A DNA stretch of 20,000 nt. It comes from Chiloscyllium plagiosum. Lineage: Eukaryota. The stretch's first letter is position 1, and each line of letters opens with the position of its first letter. Below the pieces are notes generated by a model, which was not told where the DNA came from, ran no database searches, and saw only the letters and a program-made list of their open reading frames with translations. The stretch spans positions 57,184,420 through 57,204,419 of the forward strand of contig NC_057719.1 of the NCBI RefSeq assembly GCF_004010195.1, in the 5' to 3' direction. Shown in pieces: positions 1-10,025 of this stretch. A program made the position numbers and the translations under genes.

Positions 1-690
1 ATGCTAACCACTGTAAGCTGTGTGAGAGGAAGTTTTCAGAGATTTTCCTAAATTAGCCCCAGTCTTGTTCTTGACACTCCCAGGAGTCTGCATGACAGAA
101 GGATAAATAAATGATATATATGACAGCACCATATTCAAGTGAAACAGATTATTTTTCTTGTAAATTTTGTACAGTAGTATGATTATCTTACAACTCAGTC
201 AAGGTGAAACTGTGAACATACAAAGCAAATAAAAAAAAAAAGCACCCTTATTCTCAATTGTACATGCCAGGCTAAAAACTTCAGTGAAAGGCTGATGGTA
301 GTTTTAAAAAGAATTGCATAGCCTACACAAATCAAACAATATAGATTCCAATTCAATTCAATTTCATTTTATTGTCCACGTGGAAATTCATTATGGGTAT
401 GTTGTTTATTCATTTAAACTTGCATATAAATAAATTATACAATAAAAGATATGAAATTATTCAACAGCAGAGATCTAAATTTAATTAAAATCTATTAAAA
501 GCTATTCCAATGGATTAAAATAGTCAGTCAGTGAGTCCCATCATGAGTACATATCCTCATCTATTCATTAAACCTGTGCTAAAAGTTCGTATAGAGAAAG
601 GCACAATGATTATCTACGATCAATGCCCTTGATTATAGTAACTGAATAACATAAATTGAAATTGAAATGCGGGATACCACATAATACATT

Positions 691-802
691 CTGGAAATCT
701 GAAATAAAATGAGAAAATGCTTGAAACTAACTCAAAAGATTAGTGTCAAAGCTGGGCGAAGTTAAATATATAATGGTCTGAACATCTGTTGTGTATCAGA
801 AT
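691..802 (-). mobile_element. Highly decayed Penelope-like pLTR fragment (family B)
   Basis: CTGGAAATCTGAAATAAAATGAGAAAATGCTTGAAA at 691-726 resembles 16537-16572 and the reverse complement of about 9494-9531; ends in ATCAGAAT like 16641-16647. Interior strongly diverged. Confidence 0.5.
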
Positions 803-1431
803 TCCTAATCTGAAGCGATGACAGCAGTGAAAAATGTTTCTGCCGATCCACTTTAGTCACAGATTTTGCACTAAGTTATCAAATCTTCAGCGACCTTGAA
901 ATCCCAAGTTATCACACCACTGACTGAGCTCCAGCCCTACACTTAGAAATTCCTACGTCCCCAGTGTAACCTCTCCAGAGCATCTCCCTGAGGTGAAGCT
1001 GGAGTCGAAAGTCTTCCAGAATATACCAGTAATTGTTAAATGCTGTGCTTAGCATGTGTGATTGCCAATCAATTGGACGTTTCTTCCTCTCATCCTTCCA
1101 TTGAATACTGATGAATAGTGATTTATTCTTACTTGCTCTTCTGCTCCTGTTGTATTTGGTGAAGCCAAGTGTGGCTCAGTGGCCCTGAGTCTTATTGATA
1201 GCGTAAAACAAATTTCTTATACCAAGTATAAATATTCTCAATGAATCTTGTCTTCTGTTTGGGTTTCTGTTTTGAGTCGAGACAGCCCTATGAATTCTTA
1301 GCAGGATGCCTTTTGACCAGCTTTAGACCATTGAGTAGATAAAATGTTCTGTGAGCTACTGTTGTATATTTGACCATTTTTGGACCCGTTGTTTCTTGAT
1401 ATTAACTAGTTTGACCACCATTTTAAGAAGA

Positions 1432-1558
1432 GTCGAAAAGTGTGGCGCTGGAAAAGCACAACAACTTCCGAAGAGCGGGAGAGTCAAAGTTTCAGGCATA
1501 AGCCCTTCATCAGGAATGTCATTGATTCTGACTCTCCAGCACCTGCAGTCCTCACTTT
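1432..1558. mobile_element. Short Penelope-derived two-arm insertion (family A) with degenerate hammerhead on minus strand
   Basis: Antisense arm 1432-1517 (minus reads CTGATGA-A-GGGC-TTAT-GCCT-GAAAC-TTT), then sense 3' end CTCCAGCACCTGCAGTCCTCACTTT shared with 3196-3220 and 7267-7291. Flanking direct repeat CACCATTTTAAGAAGA (1416-1431) / CATCATTTGAAGAAGA (1559-1574), 14/16. Confidence 0.85.
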
Positions 1559-1629
1559 CATCATTTGAAGAAGATTGAGGTCAAGACACACATTCATATT
1601 CAAGTGTGAGATTTGTTGATTATGTAGTA

Positions 1630-1871
1630 CAGGTCATTTTGCTATAATGCGCCTTTCATCAGCACGAATGGGCTATAACGTGATTGATGAGTTGTAGACG
1701 TGGTTTGGATAGCGCAAGCTTTCTACTGAATGGGTATAGCAATTGTCTATTAGTGATCTTCTACAGCACGATTTTCTTTAGCAGTTTTCCATCGTGCAAT
1801 TTTCTATAGTAGTTTTCCATAGTGCAAGGTCACAGAGGAACACAACTGTCATGTTATAGCAGAATGACCTG
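1630..1871. mobile_element. Non-autonomous Tc1/mariner-superfamily (pogo/Tigger-like) MITE, 242 bp
   Basis: TIRs CAGGTCATTTTGCTATAA (1630-1647) and TTATAGCAGAATGACCTG (1854-1871), 17/18 complementary, extendable to about 22 bp allowing CpG decay. TA on both sides (1628-1629, 1872-1873). No ORF. Confidence 0.9.
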
Positions 1872-2431
1872 TACGTATGTGTTCTCTACTATGTGATAAC
1901 CCTTGTGTTTGAAAAGTTGCCTGTAGCATAGCTTTGATCTTAAGTGTTATACCTTCTCAACCAGTTCTTCAAGCATAGCACATTATCTGGTCTTACAGCG
2001 ACACTTGTGCCCGTATCAAGCTGAAAATTGGCGAGATGTCAATTGATGCAAATATCGTCTTACTAGAAGTCTAGATTTGAAACGTTTAATTCTGTTCGGA
2101 ATACTTTTGTTTTTTTTCTTTTGTTGTACCCTGTTCAATCTTATTAATGTCTTTGTGAATATCCTTTAGATATTTACATGCATTGTGACTGTATCTTATT
2201 TTAGCACATTTTCTGAAAGCAATCTAATGCTTTCCAGATAAAGCATTACTTTTTAATAGGTAGGTACCACTTGTGTCTGTGAGGATTCCTTGCTCCACAA
2301 TTCTGACAATGACTGTTGGTTTCTCCTACTCACTGTACTGGTTTCTCATGTAACTCTTTACTCTTCATCACAAAAACTGAATAAATTCTATGGCACTCCT
2401 CTGAGAAGTTCCATTTTCTCCTTTCAGGAGT

Positions 2432-2703
2432 GATTAGATTACCTAATGTGTGGAAACAGGCCATATGACCCATAAGTCCAAACTGACCCTCTGAAGAGCA
2501 ACCCACCCAGACCCATTCCCCTACACCTAACACTGCAGGCAATTCAGCATAGCCAATACACCTAACCTGCACATCTTTGGATCGTGGGAGGAAACCCACA
2601 CAAACAGAATGTGCAAACTCCACACAGACAGTTGTCCAAGGCGGGAATTGAACCCAGGTCCCTGGCACTGTGAGGGAGCAGTGCTAACCACTGAGCCACC
2701 GTG
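2432..2703 (-). mobile_element. tRNA-derived SINE, HE1/V-SINE type
   Basis: Minus-strand A box TGGCTCAGTGG (2698-2688), B box GGTTCAATTCC (2654-2644), V-domain-like core GTGGAGTTTGCACATTCT..TTTCCTCCCACGATCCAAAGATGTGCAGGTTAGG, LINE-like tail ending in AATCT repeats. Homologous to 6242-6536 and 6696-6991. Confidence 0.92.
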
Positions 2704-3055
2704 ATCTGTGCTACTTCCTGACTTTTGCTTCACTTGCATTTGAATGGATGACTCTAAAATCAAATCTTCTTTTAATAATTGTTTTCTTCAAGATATTCAA
2801 CTCTATGTTCTCTTTGGTTAATCTCTAAAATGAACTCTTCCTGATAATATTATTCCTGGTATCCTGCCTTCCTAATGTTTTGATTTATTTTGATTCTTAA
2901 AGGCTATTATTTTTGTGCACTAAGAATATTGCATTGTAAGATTTTTCCAGTATTTCTGTGGTTAAAATTAAGGATTCCTGCCTTCTGTGAGTAAAATGGA
3001 GAATTTATACCTTTTTTGTGACTTGTCTGGATGAACCTGCCAATCATGGTCTTAA

Positions 3056-3225
3056 TTAAGAGTGCAGTGTTGGAAAAGCACAGCAAGTCAAGCAGCATCC
3101 TGATGAAGGACTTATGCCTGAAATGTTGATTCTCCTGCTCCTCGGATGCTACCTGACTTGCTGTGCTTTTCCAGCACTACACTCTCGACTCTGATCTCCA
3201 GCATCTGCAGTCCTCACTTTGTCCT
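3056..3225 (+). mobile_element. Short Penelope-derived fold-back insertion (family A) with hammerhead-like core
   Basis: Arms 3059-3100 and 3144-3185 are reverse complements. Loop holds CTGATGA-A-GGAC-TTAT-GCCT-GAAAT-GTT (3100-3127). Exact 14 bp TSD AATCATGGTCTTAA at 3042-3055 and 3226-3239. Confidence 0.92.
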
Positions 3226-3454
3226 AATCATGGTCTTAAACAATGCTTCGCAATTCCTTTCTGGCTTTGCTGAGTGAATCCTATTTCTTGCCATCATTCC
3301 TTGATAGTTTTACTGAATTAAGTCCACTCCTTCAATGTTTTATCTTCAATGATTCTTACTGTCTGCAGGCTGAATAATGCTTCTTGCCTTTACTACCATT
3401 TCAGTAACTGCTCAGCTTTTCTAACAGCCTCAATAGTCTCCCAACTTTCTTCTT

Positions 3455-5789
3455 CAAAGAACAAAGAACAAAGAAAATTTACAGCCCAGGAACAGGACCT
3501 TCAGTCCTTCAAGCCTGAGCCGATCTAAATATACCGTCTAAACCTGTCGGTCAATTCCTAAGCATTTGTATCCCTCTGCTCCCCACCTACTTATGCAAAT
3601 GTTCAGATGCATCTTCAATGAATCTACCGTACCTGCCTCTACAACCTCTGCTGGCAACGCATTCCAGGCGCCCACCACCCTTCTGTGTGAAGTACTTGCC
3701 ATGTGTATCCCCCTTAAATTTTCTACCTCTCATCTTGAAAGCATGGCCTCTGGTTATTGAATCCTTCACCCTGGTAAAAAGCTTGACTCTATCCTGTCTA
3801 TACCCTTCGTGATTTTGTAAACCTCAATCAGGTCCCCCCTCAATCTCCTTTTTTCTAGTGAAAATAAACCTAACCGACTCAACCTCTCTTTATAGCTAGC
3901 ACCTTCCATACCAGGGAACATTCTTGTAAACCTTCTGTACACCCTCTCCAAAGCGTCCACATCCTTTTGGTAATGTGGCGACCAGAACTGTACACCATAT
4001 TCTAAATGTGGCCGAACCAATGTCTTGTATAATTTTAACATGACCTGCGAGCTCTTATACTCAATACCCCATCCTATGAAGGCAAGCATACTACATCCCT
4101 TCTTGTCCACTCTATCCACCTGTGCAGTAACCTTCAGGGTACAATGGACCTGCACTCCCAGATCTCTCTGCACATGAACTTTTCCCAAGGCTCTTCAATT
4201 CTCTCTAGAATTAGTCTTGCCTAAATGCATCACCTCACATTTGTCTGGATTGAAATCCATCTGCCACTTTTCCGCCCAACACTCCAGTCTATCCATATCC
4301 TCCTGTATTCTCTGACAATCCCTTCTGCTTTCTGCTACTCCACCAATCTTTGTGTCATCTGCAAACATGCTGATCATACCAACAGTGCCCTCTTCTAGAT
4401 CATTTATGTATATTACAAACAACAGTGGCCCCAAAACTGACCCCTGTGGAACACCACTGGTCACCTTTCTCCATTTCGAGAAACTCCCTTCAACTACTAC
4501 TCTTTGTCTCCTGTTGCTCAACCAGTTCTTTATCCACATAGCTAGAACACCCTGCACACCATGTGACTTCACTTTCTCCATTAATCTACAAAGGGAAACC
4601 TTATCAAATGCCTTAGTAAAGTCCATGTATATGACATCAACAGCCCTTCCTTCATCTAACAACTTGGTCACTTCCTTGAAGAACTTTACTAGGTTGGTAA
4701 GGCACGATCTCCCCTGCACAAAACCATGTTGCCTATCACTGATAAGCTCATTCTTTTCTAAATATAAATAGATCCTATCTCTTAGTACCCTCCAGCAACT
4801 TCCCCACCACCGACGTCAGGCACACTGGTCTGTAGTTTCCCGGAATATCCCTACTACCCTTCTTGGATAGGGGACAACAAAAGCAACCTTCCAGTCTTCC
4901 GGCACCTCACCTGTATTTAAGGATGCCACAAAAATATCTGTCAGGGCCCCAGCTATTTCCTCTCTCACCTCCCTCAGCAACCTGGGATAGATCCCATCTG
5001 GTCCTGGGGATTTGTCCACCTTAATAACCTCTAGCATACCCAACACATCTTCCCTACTTATGCCAATGTGATCCAGACTAATCAAACTTCTATCTCCAAT
5101 CTCAAGATTCTTCATGTTCCTCTCAGTGAACACTGATGCAAAGTAATCATTCAGAATCTCACCCACTCTCTCAGGTTCAGCACACAGCCTTCCTTCATTA
5201 TCTTTTAGTGGACCAATCCTTTCTCTAGTTACCCACTTGCTTCTTATATAAGAATATAAGAAGCTTTGGGAATCTCCTTAATTCTGCTTGCTAAAGCTAT
5301 TTCATGACCCCTTTTAGCCCGCTTGATTCCTTGTTTAAGACTTGTCCTACTCTCCCGATATTCCTCCAGGGCCCGCACTGTTCTTAGCTGCCTAGACCTT
5401 ATGTACACATCCCTTTTCCTCTTGGCTAGTCGTACAATTTCTCCTGTCATCCACGGTTCACGAATCTTGCCCTTCCCATCCTTTGCCTTCAATGGGACAT
5501 GCCTATCCTGCACTATCTTTAACCTATCTTTGAAAGCCTCCGACATCTCAAATATGGACTTGCCTTCAAATAGCTGTGTCCAATCCACATTTCCGAGCTC
5601 CTGCCTAATTTTGATATAATTGGCCTTGCCCCAGTTTAGCACTCTTCCCTGAGGACCACTCTCTTCTTTATCTACAAGTATTCTAAAACTTACAGAATTG
5701 TGGTCACTGTTCCCAAAGAAATCCCCCACCGCAACTTCTATCACTTATCCTGGCTTGTTCCCAGTATCAGGTCCAATATGGCCCCTTCC
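3455..5789 (-). mobile_element. 5'-truncated CR1-clade LINE (HER1-like), frameshifted ORF2: end of APE endonuclease, RT, C-terminus, 3'UTR
   Basis: Consecutive minus ORFs 5244-5744 (GNSDHN), 4816-5166 (KSPGPDGIYPR), 4195-4719 (YMDFTKAFDKV, GVPQGSVLGP, FADD at 4365-4354), 3766-4188 (LVRPHLEY, RLRGDLIEVYK), 3587-3769 (TRGH). 7 bp tail repeats (TTCTTTG)n at 3455-3476. Confidence 0.97.
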
Positions 5790-5927
5790 ATGAGTCTTTG
5801 TCTGCTCAGGCTGCTACGATGCCCTTTATCCATTTAATTCTGGCTTTGCAACATGCCTGGGTCAGTGACCTCACTTTAAGTTAATTTCATGGCCCTTTAT
5901 TTCCCTCACATTAGCTGTGCCTTATAG

Positions 5928-5961
5928 TTCCTGATGAAGGGTTCCTGCCCGAAACGTCGAT
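5928..5961 (+). ncRNA. Minimal type I hammerhead ribozyme motif with intact core
   Basis: CUGAUGA 5931-5937, extra A 5938, stem II GGGU/GCCC (5939-5942/5947-5950) with UCCU loop, GAAAC 5951-5955, GUC 5956-5958. Stem III reduced to palindromic ACGU; stem I only about 2 bp in this copy. Activity not shown. Confidence 0.75.
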
Positions 5962-6023
5962 TTTCCTGCTCCTCGGATGCTGCCTGACCTGCTGTGCTTT
6001 TCCAGCAACACACTAATCTTGAC
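5928..6023 (+). mobile_element. Penelope-like pLTR fragment (family A), single arm
   Basis: Near-identical to right arms at 3100-3190 and 7170-7256; begins immediately before the hammerhead core. Confidence 0.9.
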
Positions 6024-6241
6024 CCTTCTGGTGCCAGCTGAGTTAGGCAGCAATGGTCAATATGAGCTGGAAGTACTTTTCTTATTTTTGTTTAGCCAGC
6101 ACGTAAATCTGTGTTCTTTTTAACACAATTTTTCTCACCATCTGTGATTAAACTTTACTCACAGAGTTTGTAATGTCTGTCCAATCTCCGGTTGAACCCC
6201 ACCTTGGGACAGCTTGACTTGACAATCCAATTTCACAAATT

Positions 6242-6536
6242 GATTCGATTCTCTCCAGTGTGGAAGCAGGCCATCCGGCCCAACAAGTCCACACCGACCC
6301 TCTGAAGAGTAATCCACCCAGATCCATTTCCCTCTGACTAATGGACCTAACATTATGGGCAATTTAACATGGCCAATTTACCTGACCAGCACATGTTTGG
6401 ATTGTGGGAGAAAACCAATACAGACACGGGGAGAATGTGCAAACCCCACACAGACAGTTGCCTGAGGTTGGAATCGAACCCCAGTCCCTGGCACTGTGAG
6501 GCAGCAGTGCTAACCACTAAGCCACCGTGCTACCCC
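6242..6536 (-). mobile_element. tRNA-derived SINE, HE1/V-SINE type
   Basis: Minus-strand A box TGGCTTAGTGG, B box GGTTCGATTCC, V-domain core and tail homologous to the other copies. Confidence 0.92.
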
Positions 6537-6565
6537 AAATCACCAACTTCTGCAAATCACCAGCA

Positions 6566-7074
6566 TTTGGTGCAATCTGGAACTTCCTGGTAATGCCAGT
6601 TTCAATTGAGGCATTCACGAGGGCATTGGATGATTATTTGGTTAGAACTAGTACGCAGAGATATGGGGAAAGGCAGGAAATTAACACAAGATAATGGGTG
6701 GTATGGTGGCTCAGTGGTCAGCACTGCTGCCTCACCGCAGCAGGGACCTGGGTTCAATTCCAGCCTCGGACAGCTGTCTGTGTGGAGTTTGCGCTTTCTC
6801 CCTGTGTCTGGATGGGTTTCCTCTGAGTGTTTTGGTTTCCTCCCACAGTCCAAAGATGTGCAGGTTCGGTGGATTGGCCATGGACAATGCAGGATTGTAG
6901 GGATAGAATAGGAGGGTGGGTCTGGGGGAATGCTGTTTAGAGGTTCGGTTGTTGGGCTGAATGGCCTGTTTCCATATTGTTGGGATTCTATTTTTAAAAA
7001 TTCTACAAAGAACCTGTGTGGGCCGAATGGCCTCCTTCTGCATCATAATTGTTCTATGATTCTATAGTTCCATG
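6566..7074 (+). mobile_element. CR1-type LINE 3' end, interrupted by the SINE at 6696-6991
   Basis: About 6602-6670 reads SIEAFTRALDDYL..YG (ORF2 C-terminus). 7018-7074 has the GGGCCGAATGGCCTCCTTCTG 3' motif followed by TTCTATGA-type tail repeats. Left edge approximate. Confidence 0.7.
6696..6991 (+). mobile_element. tRNA-derived SINE, HE1/V-SINE type, near full length
   Basis: A box TGGCTCAGTGG (6707-6717), B box GGTTCAATTCC (6751-6761), complete V-domain core, tail GGGCTGAATGGCCTGTTTCCA..GGGATTCTAT. Confidence 0.93.
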
Positions 7075-7095
7075 AACATACTCATGACAGAGATT

Positions 7096-7294
7096 AGATT
7101 AGAGTGGTGCTGGAGAAACACAGCAGGTCAGGCAGTATCCGAGGAGCAGGAAAATCGACGTTTCGAGCCGATGAAGGGCTTTTGCCTGAAATGTTGATTT
7201 TCCTGCCCCTAGGATGCTGCCTGACCTGTTGTGCTTTTCCAGTACCACTCTAATCTAGAATCTGATCTCCACCATCTGCAGTCCTCACTTTTGC
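7096..7294 (+). mobile_element. Short Penelope-derived fold-back insertion (family A)
   Basis: About 70 bp inverted arms 7096-7168 and 7184-7256. Hammerhead remnant GATGA-A-GGGC-TTTT-GCCT-GAAAT-GTT at 7170-7195. Exact 15 bp TSD CTCATGACAGAGATT at 7081-7095 and 7295-7309. Confidence 0.93.
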
Positions 7295-7439
7295 CTCATG
7301 ACAGAGATTCCAGGGCCTGGGGTAGAGCTCACTTCCCACTGAGTAAATAAACTCTGCTTCACCTCAGTTCTAAATGATTTGGCCCTTATCCTTTGTCTCC
7401 TAGATTAATAACGCTCTAGTCATGAAACGTCTTTTTGTA

Positions 7440-7636
7440 ATTACACACCTCTGGAGCAGGCAGGACTTGAATCTGAGCCTCCAAGTCCAGGGGTGTGGAC
7501 ACTACCTGAATGTATCTAATTTTTCCTAATCAACCTGTTCAGAGATGTTATTGCACACTTTTGGAGCAGATGGGACTTGAACCCAGACCTCCTAGTCCAG
7601 GGGTATAGACATTATCACTGTGCCACAAGTAGGCCC
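7440..7636 (-). mobile_element. Two tandem copies of a second short tRNA-derived SINE family (partial 7440-7506, fuller 7519-7636)
   Basis: 7440-7506 aligns to 7550-7616. Minus-strand A-box-like TGGCACAGTGA and B-box-like GGTTCAAGTCC. Same family as 14883-15000. Confidence 0.8.
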
Positions 7637-8442
7637 ATTGTTCAAATGTAATTTCAATAAAGTAAACATTTATTTCAAAGACAGAAATGGTTAAAAATAC
7701 ACCATCATTAAGTACAGAAAGGATTTATGAAACAAGTCTTGAAAAATTGCTTTTGAGTAAGCCCATTTTGAAATAACTTAATCCAATTTTCTTTGAGAAT
7801 GTTAAGAGAAAAACTCCATATACTAGACCAATCAGAACAGTTTATTAATTTCAATGATTGTACATTTGGCCAAATTATTGGACGTATAATAGTTTAAATA
7901 GTTTAAAATAACTTGAAAGTTGTTAATTTTGAATTTTAAAAAAATTCAGTATTAAGTAAAACTCAATGCTGTGAAATGCATTAAATGACATAAAGGTTAT
8001 GTGATATCACGCAGAGAAGATTAGGTTGTCTTTATATACATAACTAAATCAAGCTGATCCCCACACACATTTATCCTGTAAGATGCCATTTGGTTATGAG
8101 TTCAGGAGTTACCTGATCATTGGCTGTGAATGCACACAAGTGATTTATTCAACAGCATTTGAAGCAGCTGGTGCTCAATTTAAAAGACTCTTTTCGAGCT
8201 TCAATTATCGAAAAGAGCTTTGAGACAGTTTTTTTTACTGCTGATGCCTTGGTTCATTCTGATTGGATTTAGTCTGTGCCAATCATTGGAGGCCTCTTCA
8301 GTTTTCATTTTGTCTCAATAATGCAATTAGTACTGTCTGATTTCTGGGTCCACTGGAAACCGTCATATCTTGGAGCTTGGCAAGAAGAACAGTGGAAAAC
8401 ACATCATTATTTTTCTTAGGATTGACAGCATGAAGGCCATTT

Positions 8443-8657
8443 ATAGAATCATATAGCAAAGAATGAAACCACACAACCCTTCGTGATTGTGCCCATTCTT
8501 CGAAAGGGCTATCTAATTAGTCCACTCCCCCACTTGTTCCCCATAGTACTGGAAATCTTTCCTTTTCAAATATATATTCAATTCTCTTTTGAAAGATACT
8601 ATTGAATCTACTTTCAACACTCTTTCAGGCAGTGCATTCCAGATTGTTAACAACTAC
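8443..8657 (-). mobile_element. Old CR1-type LINE 3' end
   Basis: ATAGAATCATA tail. Minus strand reads IWNALPERVLKVDSIVSFKRELNIYLK, the CR1 ORF2 C-terminal pattern. Confidence 0.75.
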
Positions 8658-9418
8658 GAGTCTTCGAGTGGAAAATGGAAGATTGCCTATTTTGTTTTCA
8701 ATAGTTATTCTCTGAGTTTTAAATCATTTCCACAATAAGGCTTTAAAATACAATTATGTAAGTAATGTGTGACTAACCAGTAGATTCAATAATTATTTTA
8801 TCATTGTTTATTTAGAATGCATATAATTTAAGACATATCCCAGTTTGAGAAGTCAGTAAAATACTTAGTGCAGTATTTCTAGTGGTATATCACAGAGCAA
8901 CCAAGAAACACGATATTATGTATAAATATTTAAACATATAGGAATTTCAAATAAAGTTGTTTTGTTGTATGCAAACTTTAATGAATAGTGCTAAATCATC
9001 TTCACAAAGCTTTCAGGTTTAAATCTTATTTTCAAATGCCCGTAGAATCAGAATATCGAAGGCCTACATTTTAAGCAATTTGACAAATGTGTTTTCAGAA
9101 ATTCTGTAAAAATAGCACTCGTCCCATGTTGAGCTTAAAAAAAAGATCAGAAGCTAGATGAGCAATTTGTTTGACTCATCATTCCTTAGGATCTTCCGAT
9201 TCGCTCAATTTGCTAGAAAAAGTTAGGAAGCAAGAAATTTGGACACATGGTACTACTAGACATGACCTACATATACCAGAAGCTTTCCAAATGGTGTGTG
9301 CCTCCAGACACATCTCCATATGTGCTGCTAACCTCCCGCTTGGTGCTGTCAGGACAAGGAACTGTCATAGCAGTTGAACTGAAAGAAAGTACTCGAACCA
9401 ATTCTGATTAAGTGAATC

Positions 9419-9553
9419 AGTTCTGATGAAAGGTCACTTGATCTGAAACATTAACTTTGTTTCTCTCCATGGATAATGCTTAACCTTGAGGATTTCCAGA
9501 AATGTTTTAAATTTGTATTTCAGATTTCCAGCATGTGCAGTCTTTTTCCTTTG
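9419..9553 (+). mobile_element. Penelope-like pLTR fragment (family B) beginning with a hammerhead motif
   Basis: Stem I AGTT(9419-9422)/AACT(9453-9456), CTGATGA 9423-9429, A, stem II AGGTC/GATCT, GAAAC 9445-9449, ATT. Ends CAGATTTCCAGCATGTGCAGTC. Reverse-complement homolog at 16531-16646. Confidence 0.8.
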
Positions 9554-9881
9554 GTAGACGTACCAGCTGATCTGATACTCTATTTGTTGATTTGAACCAT
9601 GAGGATCCACTCAACATACTCACTTGTCACTTACCAAAAGAATATGTGCGCAGATGAAAGATAGACCACTTACTAGTGTCATTTAAAGGGGAAAGCATTC
9701 CACTTTACTTTCAAGTAAAGTAACACAGAATAAGTTTTGTTGTTGCGAAGTCTCTGGATGTACTTTGGAGAGATTTTCATGGTGCTGGTGTGAATTGCAG
9801 AATTTGGGTGCACAGCTCTAGGCTTACTGTGTATTATTACATTCTCACAGGGAGGGCAGAGGCTTGGTGATCTATCTGCGT

Positions 9882-10025
9882 AAAGTTAAAAATCACACAA
9901 CATCAGGTTATAGTCCAACAGGTTTATTTGGAAGTACTAGCTTTTGGAGTGCTGCTCCTTCATCAGGTGCTGCATGATTTTTTTAACTTTGTCCACCCCA
10001 GGCCAACACCGTCACCTCCACATCA
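9882..10025. mobile_element. Penelope-like two-arm insertion (family D) with degenerate hammerhead on minus strand
   Basis: Minus 9966-9938 reads CTGATGA-A-GGAGC-AGC-ACTCC-AAAAG-CTA, followed by AATAAA. Arms AAAGTTAAAAATCA (9882-9895) and TGATTTTTTTAACTTT (9975-9990) are inverted. Homolog at 16870-16950. Confidence 0.8.

Larger units (their letters stand above)
810..2430 (-). pseudogene. Decayed, internally deleted Ty3/gypsy LTR-retrotransposon gag-pol remnant (Gag zinc knuckles, aspartic protease, integrase H2C2)
   Basis: Manual minus-strand translation. 2308-2204 CQNCGARNPHRHKWYLPIKK*CFIWKALDCFQKMC (twin knuckle spacing). 2053-1994 ICIN*HLANFQLDTGTSVAV (protease LDTG at 2020-2009). About 1017-855 RLSTPASPQGDALERLHWG/VGISKCRAGAQSVV**LGIS..EDLIT*CKIC (LHxGHxG..WWPG..CxxC pattern). 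Domain order fits gypsy; RT/RNase H largely missing. Boundaries approximate. Confidence 0.8.

Noticed and set aside
1..14. SINE head fragment (ATGCTAACCACTGT) at the window edge
   Set aside because: Too short to call without upstream sequence.
2640..2703. tRNA genes suggested by A/B boxes (also about 6470-6536, 6700-6765, 14930-14995)
   Set aside because: They continue directly into SINE bodies and no complete cloverleaf is evident.
4352..5619. Plus-strand ORFs 4352-4771 and 5323-5619
   Set aside because: Antisense shadows of the minus-strand CR1 ORF2.
7096..7256. Fold-back elements as DNA-transposon MITEs or pre-miRNAs
   Set aside because: Arms vary in length per copy, TSDs are long and variable, one end extends beyond the inverted repeat, and the sequence is linked to a Penelope RT at 19305.
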